Below, piece after piece: positions 33,358 through 39,856 of a stretch of DNA of 39,856 bases. Source of the stretch: a virus. Lineage: Duplodnaviria; Caudoviricetes. The notes under the pieces were generated by a model that was not told the DNA's origin, made no database searches, and was given only the letters and a program-made list of their open reading frames with translations. Both the position numbers and the translations under genes were made by a program. The stretch is from the IMG/VR virus record IMGVR_UViG_3300027804_000106, positions 1 through 39,856 of that record, one strand, 5' to 3'. Position 1 is the first letter of the stretch. Each line of letters begins with the position of its first letter.

Positions 33358-33920
33358 TATCCTCTAATCTCCATAAGTGTTAATGTGCATCCAACTTCTG
33401 TTGCGCCATTTACATTATTAATAAATGTTTGAAAAACATTACCGTTAGACGCTAATTGAACTTTATATGTTGTGCTACTTGTAGAAGCTGGCGAGTCTAA
33501 AACAATTGTGGATGTTGTTCCTACATCAACTTGAGTAGTAGAGTTCCAAGGTGATTGAGCAGTTTCTGTTGAAAAATCATCAATAGTAGTAGAGTTTCTA
33601 ACTAATCTTAAAGCAACCCTACAATTTCCAGTATTCTTTCCAACACCAACCATTGTTGCAAATACCAAAACTCTATTAGATGCCGATGCTGGAGTAATAG
33701 AGGCACTTAATCCTGTGTCTGCATAAGTAGATGAAGAAGAGGATGTAAAAGTTGAGTAGCCGCTTTGAACCACCTGAACTACACTTCCTGTTGGCATTGC
33801 ATTTGATGTAACTAATGTGCCTGTCGTTGTAGGTAGCGTTAATGTTGTACTTCCTGAAACCGCTGGGGCTTGAAGTATGATTGATCCGCTTGTATCGCCT
33901 GATATGGTAACTGAACTCAT
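33357..33920 (-). CDS. Tail fibre-like protein
   Basis: TLTLP..TGT, GSVVQVV, LDSPASTS..TYK, LTLMEI; start MSSVT overlaps upstream TGA. Confidence 0.75.
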   Translation of the reverse strand: MSSVTISGDTSGSIILQAPAVSGSTTLTLPTTTGTLVTSNAMPTGSVVQVVQSGYSTFTSSSSSTYADTGLSASITPASASNRVLVFATMVGVGKNTGNCRVALRLVRNSTTIDDFSTETAQSPWNSTTQVDVGTTSTIVLDSPASTSSTTYKVQLASNGNVFQTFINNVNGATEVGCTLTLMEIRG

Positions 33921-34129
33921 AGCACCACCCATTTACTGCCTGACGGCACGGTTATATTAATACCTGAATTGATTGTTAAAGGACCCACGCTCATCGCACT
34001 TGACCCTGCTGTTATCGTATAACTTGTTGTCACTGTTCTTGTGTTTTCATAAAGAGGTACAGTAGGTGCTAACACTGTGACGTTAGAACTTGTACCTATC
34101 ATTGTATTTTGGACTTTAGTTAATGCCAT
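33917..34129 (-). CDS. Small tail-associated protein
   Basis: YTI....AMSVGP.TI..G..ITVPSGS.WVVL. Confidence 0.75.
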   Translation of the reverse strand: MALTKVQNTMIGTSSNVTVLAPTVPLYENTRTVTTSYTITAGSSAMSVGPLTINSGINITVPSGSKWVVL

Positions 34130-34138
34130 AGTTTATCC

Positions 34139-35101
34139 TTACGCTGTATAGCTTCCTGAAGAATTAAATTGTAATATTGTATTTGCACCTGAAGTAGTAA
34201 CTGTAGGGCTTCCTGTTGTAGTACCTGTGTACTTTGCAGTTGGTATAGAAATAATTACGACTCCTGAGCCACCAGAACCACCAGACCCTGAATTTCTGCC
34301 AGCACCGCCACCACCACCACCAGTATTTGCGGTTCCCGCAGTACCATTTGCACCTATTCCAAGGCCTCCAGCTCCTCCACCACCAGTACCTCCAGAGCCT
34401 GATGAACCAGCTCCTGACCCACCACCGCCACCACCAGCACGAGTTACAGATGAACCAGTAATTGAAGAAGCAGAACCATTACCACCGTTGCCTCCTGCAC
34501 TAAATGCTCCGTTTGAACCAGCAGCGCCAGCACCACCACCACCCCCTCCAGCTACAGTACCAGCTCCTCCATCCCATCCAGATCCAGCACCGCCTACGCT
34601 ACCTTGACCAGTAGTGTTATTAGTTGGGGACGAAGTGTTACTATAACCATTCCCGCCTCCTGATCCTCCAGTACCACCTGGTGAACCTGAGTTATCTGTA
34701 ATACCATTTCCACCGCCTATAGCAGTAAATCCTAGCGCTACAGAATTTGCTCCGCTTGTTGCAGATCCTCCGCCAGCGCCTACAGTTACGCTATATAGTG
34801 TTCCTGGTGATACGCTAGTTGAGCCAGTTAAATACCCGCCAGCGCCACCACCACCGCCTGTCCAAGCATTACCACCACCTCCACCGCCAGCAACAATAAG
34901 GTAGCTAACAGAATATGGTGCCCCTAGATTAAATGGAACCCACGCAGAAGAGTCAGAGCTATACCATTCTGGATTTCCAGTAGTTGTATTAAACCCAACC
35001 ATACCAGCAGTTGCTGGAGATGGACGAGTTCCCGTAGTCCACTGTGGTAGATTCAGTGCAGTGTTTCGTATAAACCCAGCAAATATGTCGGCTTGTGACA
35101 T
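34139..35101 (-). CDS. Glycine-rich tail fibre/RBP with Mtd-N-like N-terminus
   Basis: WTTGTRP....GMVGFNTTTG..EWY; YLIVAGGGGG; ANTGGGGGG; GGSGVVII. Confidence 0.8.
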   Translation of the reverse strand: MSQADIFAGFIRNTALNLPQWTTGTRPSPATAGMVGFNTTTGNPEWYSSDSSAWVPFNLGAPYSVSYLIVAGGGGGGNAWTGGGGGAGGYLTGSTSVSPGTLYSVTVGAGGGSATSGANSVALGFTAIGGGNGITDNSGSPGGTGGSGGGNGYSNTSSPTNNTTGQGSVGGAGSGWDGGAGTVAGGGGGGAGAAGSNGAFSAGGNGGNGSASSITGSSVTRAGGGGGGSGAGSSGSGGTGGGGAGGLGIGANGTAGTANTGGGGGGAGRNSGSGGSGGSGVVIISIPTAKYTGTTTGSPTVTTSGANTILQFNSSGSYTA

Positions 35102-35110
35102 TTATTATCC

Positions 35111-35455
35111 TTATATTACTTCTTTCCAAGAAGTTGATGCTTCATCCCAATTATATACTTTACCATCGTCTGGCATTGCAACGGGTGCTTCCCATAACCA
35201 TGTATCTTCATTAAGAACCCAAGAATTAAAAGGTTTAGGTGCTACGAATACATCGTTAGTTGCATCGTATGTGTAACCAATTCCAGCGTAGTTACCTCTT
35301 AAAGGTCTGCCTTCTGGGTGTTGATTACCATGCGTATTATAGCTTGTTTGAATCCAAGTACCAGGACTTGAATCTACGAATGTATCAAAAAATTCTGGTT
35401 CAGCCACGATGACCTGTGTAACCTTACCGTCTACTACTTTTGCAAAATGACTCAT
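35111..35455 (-). CDS. Tail-fibre-associated protein
   Basis: MSHFAK...WIQTSYN...RGNYAGIGYTYD...F..PKPF.SW......W.APV.MP. Confidence 0.8.
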   Translation of the reverse strand: MSHFAKVVDGKVTQVIVAEPEFFDTFVDSSPGTWIQTSYNTHGNQHPEGRPLRGNYAGIGYTYDATNDVFVAPKPFNSWVLNEDTWLWEAPVAMPDDGKVYNWDEASTSWKEVI

Positions 35456-35464
35456 TGTTTCTCC

Positions 35465-36472
35465 TTATGCTGTATAAGTACCGCTTGCTGTAAATGTAAT
35501 AATTGTATTAGAACCTGAAGTTGTAATTGTCGGTGAACCTGTCGTAGTGCCTGTATAGTTTGCGGTTGGTACGGATAAAATGACCACACCTGAGCCACCA
35601 GAGAAGGGTCCATTAGCAGAACCATTTCCATTACCACCGCCACCACCACCTGTATTAGCAGTGCCAGCAGCTCCACCTCCGCCACTATTAGTAGATCCAG
35701 CACCTCCGCCTCCAGATCCACCAGCTCCTCCTGGTGCACCACCACCTCCACCACCGCCAGCATAAGTTACTGAAGATCCAGTAATTGATGAAGCAGTGCC
35801 AGCACCACCAGCACCACCAGCAGTAGCTCCGTTTGAACCTATAGCACTAGATCCTCCTCCACCAGCACCTGCTAAACCAGTAGCTCCTGTTCCACCTGCA
35901 AATCCTTGTCCAGATGTTGCTGCACCTCCTGTACCACCAGCATATCCACCAAATCCACCACCGCCTCCACCACCAGAGCCACCAGATCTTCCGTTTGGAG
36001 TATTATATCCTCCTGGAGGATAGTTTAATGAACCAGCACCACCCCCGCCAATAGAAGTTACAGTTGTAATGCCCGTGCCTGATAATACAGAGTTAGCTCC
36101 ACTACTTCCTTGAAGCTGTGAAACTGCTCCAGCTCCTCCAGCTCCTACTGTAGCTGAGTATGTTGTACCAGATATTAGAGTAGCTGAACCTGTTAATAAT
36201 CCCCCTGCTCCACCTCCACCACCAGCATTTTCACCGCCACCACCACCACCTGCAATAACTAAATAAGTAGCTGAATAAGTATTTCCTGCTGTTCCTGCAT
36301 TTGTCCAACCAATAGCACCATAAATCTCTAGTTGACCTGTAGTAGTATTGTAACCAAGTTGTCCTATTACGGGGCTTGAAGGGCGTGTAGCTGTAGTCCA
36401 AGTAGCCACAGATAATCCTGTAGAACTATCTAGTGTACTTGATCCTGATGCTCCAGTTAATATGAGTGCCAT
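35465..36472 (-). CDS. Glycine-rich tail fibre/RBP, paralog of 34139..35101
   Basis: WTTATRP....GQLGYNTTTG..EIY; same Gly-rich architecture and closely similar C-terminus. Confidence 0.8.
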   Translation of the reverse strand: MALILTGASGSSTLDSSTGLSVATWTTATRPSSPVIGQLGYNTTTGQLEIYGAIGWTNAGTAGNTYSATYLVIAGGGGGGENAGGGGGAGGLLTGSATLISGTTYSATVGAGGAGAVSQLQGSSGANSVLSGTGITTVTSIGGGGAGSLNYPPGGYNTPNGRSGGSGGGGGGGFGGYAGGTGGAATSGQGFAGGTGATGLAGAGGGGSSAIGSNGATAGGAGGAGTASSITGSSVTYAGGGGGGGAPGGAGGSGGGGAGSTNSGGGGAAGTANTGGGGGGNGNGSANGPFSGGSGVVILSVPTANYTGTTTGSPTITTSGSNTIITFTASGTYTA

Positions 36473-36475
36473 GTT

Positions 36476-36967
36476 TTATTCTTGTATAGGTTGGTTAGGG
36501 TCTTGTGGCCAAGTAATATTGCCCATAATTGTTTGTACTTCATTTACATCTACTGCACTAGATACCGCTAATCTTGCTGTATCTGCTGTAGTACGTATTG
36601 ACTGACGCCATGTATTCCATTCCGTTGACATCGGAGTATTTGTTTCCACAGATTTTACCACCATCCAGTCACTTGGTAAAAGGATACTGTAGGCTGTTTG
36701 GTTAATTTGTGCAATTGAATTTGACTTGACAGTATCAAGATCTTTAGGTGTGTTTACGTAAGTTAAGCTAGCTTCGTTTAACTCGGTTGAGACCCAGTAG
36801 TACTGATCATTCGCTGGGCTATTTGTAGCTACAACTTCTTCTAACCCGATTGCTTCTTTTTGTTCAGGTGTGGATAAGTTTAACCAATTAGATGGGTACT
36901 CTACGCCATCTATAGTAAACTGCGTTCCTTCCTGTATATATTGTCCGTCTGTTGTTGAATAAAACAT
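36476..36967 (-). CDS. Tail fibre assembly chaperone-like protein
   Basis: YPSNWL; LLPSDWMV; WRQSIR; C-terminal WP.DP. Confidence 0.75.
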   Translation of the reverse strand: MFYSTTDGQYIQEGTQFTIDGVEYPSNWLNLSTPEQKEAIGLEEVVATNSPANDQYYWVSTELNEASLTYVNTPKDLDTVKSNSIAQINQTAYSILLPSDWMVVKSVETNTPMSTEWNTWRQSIRTTADTARLAVSSAVDVNEVQTIMGNITWPQDPNQPIQE

Positions 36968-36970
36968 AAT

Positions 36971-37432
36971 TTAGTCCTTTGTTAAATATTTAATTGCATT
37001 ATAAAGCAACTCTTGATTGTCATAAAATAAACCTAATGCACGGTTACATTTACCGCATAATAATCCACGAATCTTACCTGTGGTATGGCAATGATCAATA
37101 GCTAATCTTCTGCCTTCAACTTCATCTTCATTACCACATATAGCACATTTATAATCTTGTGCCTCTAGCATAGTGTTATACTGTTCTAATGTGATTCCAT
37201 ATTGGTTTCTAATAATCACATCTCTTTTATCAAGACCTGTGTAGTTATATGGTCTATAATTATCACAAGACATTGGAGCATTGTTCTTTTGAATTTCTCT
37301 ACTAGCTTGCTCATGCTCTAAACCACATGACTTACATTCAATAATCCATTTATTAGGATTACCAGGTCTTACTACTGCTCCATAGTCATTCTCAAACCCA
37401 ACAAGATTTATTCTTGGTTTACGTTGACGCAT
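36971..37432 (-). CDS. Endonuclease VII-family (His-Me) putative homing endonuclease
   Basis: YGIT.EQY..M...Q..KCAICG...LAIDHCH.TGKIRGLLC..CN.ALG. Confidence 0.9.
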   Translation of the reverse strand: MRQRKPRINLVGFENDYGAVVRPGNPNKWIIECKSCGLEHEQASREIQKNNAPMSCDNYRPYNYTGLDKRDVIIRNQYGITLEQYNTMLEAQDYKCAICGNEDEVEGRRLAIDHCHTTGKIRGLLCGKCNRALGLFYDNQELLYNAIKYLTKD

Positions 37433-39795
37433 CAGCGAGCCAAACTATTCTTAAAGGGGTTTTCTGCAAATGCCATGTATATGTATGTTCCACCACTTCC
37501 GTTTGTATCTGCATCTGTTGTTCTAATTTTAAATCCATTAGAAAGAATATCAACTCTATTAGATGTAATTTCAGCAGCACTTGAAAATGGATATAAAATT
37601 TTATCTGCAACATTAAATGGAGAACGAGAGGTATCTATTATTATCCAAGATTCTAAACTTGTTCTTTTCCACAATATAAATTTAGGTCTAAACCCTGTAT
37701 AAACAAACGGACCATCAGCACTACCATTACCTGTGTAAGAACCAAACTTACTAAACCCTGCTATTTCTGCCCAGCAATAGGCTACATATTTTTCACCATT
37801 TGCACCTACATTACCTTCTAAACCATTTACAGAAAATACAGTACTTGTTGGTGCAGTATTATTCCAATAAGATGTTGAAGTTGCTGCAGCAGCAGTTGTG
37901 TTTAATATGAGATATTGATTAGTTGCTAAAGAGCCATGATATACAGGCCAAGGTCTTCCAATGTCTCTATCTTTAAGAATAATTAATTTAGGTGCAACAC
38001 CAAGTCCATGACCGACAGTCATAGCTCCACCATTACCTGTGTAAAGAACAACACTAAACCCAGCAGTTGCATTTACGGATACAGTAGATGTAATAGATCC
38101 AGCAGTGTTAGTTGTATTTGTTCCTTGACCAGCTTGCCATTGCCATCCTACATGAGTTCCATTTGACCAGTCACCACTTGTTCCAAATGAAAAACCATTG
38201 CTATTAAATGCAGTTAATTCTGTTGCATTATTAACTTCAGCATTAGTTAAGTTAGAGTAAAGCGTTCTATTTACTCCTCTTACAGAGTCAGCAAGAACAT
38301 GGTTTCCTGCTGCTGCTCTTGACTTTGCCCATACTAAATCAGGTTTAAATCCCGCTGCATTAACTACTGAACCAGCTACACCATCAACACCTGTATATAG
38401 CGTTGCATCCATCACAGTATTACCTTTTACAACAGTGCTATTAGGTATGTTATATGTGTTAAGTCTGCTATATCCTGTAGGTGGCGTGTAAGAAAAAGCT
38501 CTTTGTCCAAAATTATATACCCATGATGGAGTTCCACTTGAAGCATTCCAAGCATAAGGAAAAAATGTTCTTGTACCTATTGTAGAGAAGGACGAAAAAT
38601 CATATGTGTATTGTAAAACACCATTTTTGTACCAATACGATATGTTATTATCTAAATCTAAAGCAAGAGCTAATACATCGCTATTTGTATATGTATATGC
38701 GGAAGTAACAAATGTATTTGTTCCATTAACTATTCTTGCAATACCACTTGTTGGATGCCAATACATTCCAAATTTATCTTGTTCAACAGCAATTGTATCG
38801 CTTCCTGTAAATGCAAACCTACCTCCAACAGTACCACTTGTAACACTAGAGCCTACAGCTTCCCAATACCATTTTCCTGAACTTGCTCCAATCGTTGCTC
38901 TATTACCACACACGTTAGTAGAAGAAGCCCAATTTAAATTTGCAGCAGATAGTGTTCCACTTGCAGTTATATAGTCTATTGGGCTCATTACCGCATAATT
39001 ACATATAGTAGAACTTGTTAAAGTCGGGCTGTCTGTCATAGCATCATAGGTTGAGCCAGCTGTTACAGAGATATTATTAGTATTCCAAAAGTTTCCGTTG
39101 CCTGAGAAGTCTTTACCTAGTCCCGCATTAGAACCGCTTGTTAAAGCTATATCAGTAAAGTTTAAGTAGAATCCGTTAGTGCCATAAGTTCCTGCATATC
39201 TAGCTGGTTGCCATACGCCTGTGGTTGCATTTGTAGAACCGAATGATGATGGTGTTAGAGCTTGTCCGTCAATGAAGTTAATTTCATCCATGTAACCATC
39301 AAAGTAATTAGTAAATCCAATATACTGTGCAACATTATTATTGAATGCTAAATTTGAATTTTGAGGGACATAATTAGCGGTTGAAAATGCTGTTACTTGA
39401 GTGCCATTAACATATACTTTTGTTCTATTTGAAGCAGTAGCTTGTGTTGTATCTATAGCAACAACTATGTGATACCAAGCTGAAGGGTCTCTAAAGACTT
39501 GACTTGTTGTTACAGAATAATTTGTTCCGCTTACTCTTAAAAATACATCAAATGATTGACTGTTAGAGCTATTAAAATAAAGTGTTGCACTGTTACTTCC
39601 ATCAGTAGTAGCATTTGTTATATTATAATCCGCTGTTAAAGCACCTCTTTTAACCCAAAAAGAATAGGTCATTACCTGTCTATTTCCAGCACTTGCAGGC
39701 GTTCTATTTAGGTAAGCAGATGCACTAGCTCTAAATCTTAAAGAGTTAGTTAGGTTATATCCTGAAGGACCTGATGTTTTTGATGCACTGAACAT
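37432..39795 (-). CDS. Large tail fibre/RBP with LamG/ConA-like and SPRY-like domains
   Basis: SLRF, FRDPSAWYHIV, YGTNGFYL, SGKWYWE, NFGQR, repeated YTGNG modules, FAENPFK end. Confidence 0.85.
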   Translation of the reverse strand: MFSASKTSGPSGYNLTNSLRFRASASAYLNRTPASAGNRQVMTYSFWVKRGALTADYNITNATTDGSNSATLYFNSSNSQSFDVFLRVSGTNYSVTTSQVFRDPSAWYHIVVAIDTTQATASNRTKVYVNGTQVTAFSTANYVPQNSNLAFNNNVAQYIGFTNYFDGYMDEINFIDGQALTPSSFGSTNATTGVWQPARYAGTYGTNGFYLNFTDIALTSGSNAGLGKDFSGNGNFWNTNNISVTAGSTYDAMTDSPTLTSSTICNYAVMSPIDYITASGTLSAANLNWASSTNVCGNRATIGASSGKWYWEAVGSSVTSGTVGGRFAFTGSDTIAVEQDKFGMYWHPTSGIARIVNGTNTFVTSAYTYTNSDVLALALDLDNNISYWYKNGVLQYTYDFSSFSTIGTRTFFPYAWNASSGTPSWVYNFGQRAFSYTPPTGYSRLNTYNIPNSTVVKGNTVMDATLYTGVDGVAGSVVNAAGFKPDLVWAKSRAAAGNHVLADSVRGVNRTLYSNLTNAEVNNATELTAFNSNGFSFGTSGDWSNGTHVGWQWQAGQGTNTTNTAGSITSTVSVNATAGFSVVLYTGNGGAMTVGHGLGVAPKLIILKDRDIGRPWPVYHGSLATNQYLILNTTAAAATSTSYWNNTAPTSTVFSVNGLEGNVGANGEKYVAYCWAEIAGFSKFGSYTGNGSADGPFVYTGFRPKFILWKRTSLESWIIIDTSRSPFNVADKILYPFSSAAEITSNRVDILSNGFKIRTTDADTNGSGGTYIYMAFAENPFKNSLAR

Positions 39796-39856
39796 TAGAA
39801 GTTTTGTCCGAATACAGAACCGTATGTATTAGTTCCGTCCTGATAGAAGTTAAAAA
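39795..39856 (-). CDS. 3' end of an upstream tail-region gene (partial)
   Basis: ...FNFYQDGTNTYGSVFGQNF-stop with TAATG coupling to the next gene. Confidence 0.6.
   Translation of the reverse strand, partial: FNFYQDGTNTYGSVFGQNF

Noticed and set aside
28125-36023. Pro-rich + strand ORFs (28125, 28544, 34227, 35580, 35796)
   Set aside because: Antisense shadows of GGN-rich glycine codons
27893-39795. Diversity-generating retroelement acting on Mtd-like fibres
   Set aside because: No reverse transcriptase and no adenine-specific TR/VR pair seen; paralog differences look like ordinary divergence
1-39856. Stop-codon reassignment
   Set aside because: Genes are full length under the standard code, and TAA, TAG and TGA all terminate tightly packed genes

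Overview
AT-rich segment of a tailed dsDNA phage genome, probably podovirus-like (tail-nozzle and ejection-protein genes). Almost all genes are on the - strand. From right to left: a long array of tail fibre/receptor-binding and chaperone genes with a freestanding endonuclease VII gene (27.9-39.9 kb); two secreted Cys-rich proteins and a lysis cassette (25.2-27.9 kb); a nozzle/stabilisation protein and internal virion proteins, including a GNAT and a 2306-aa LPD38-type polyvalent protein (9.5-25.2 kb); a lone + strand RusA; and a recombination/early module (Cas4-like exonuclease, ERF, SSB-like, RHH regulator, YbcO-like, SprT-like, metallophosphoesterase, DUF1289). The most notable part is 1.36-2.8 kb. 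It holds a phage-borne pqqA (PQQ precursor peptide, Methylophilaceae-like sequence) next to a 2OG-Fe(II) oxygenase on the + strand. Divergent from these, across an array of palindromic sites, lie two candidate - strand non-coding RNAs: a ~110-nt three-hairpin RNA with anti-Shine-Dalgarno loops and a ~310-nt structured RNA/leader. No capsid, terminase, portal, polymerase, integrase, tRNA or CRISPR was recognised. All family calls come from motif recognition by eye, not from database searches.
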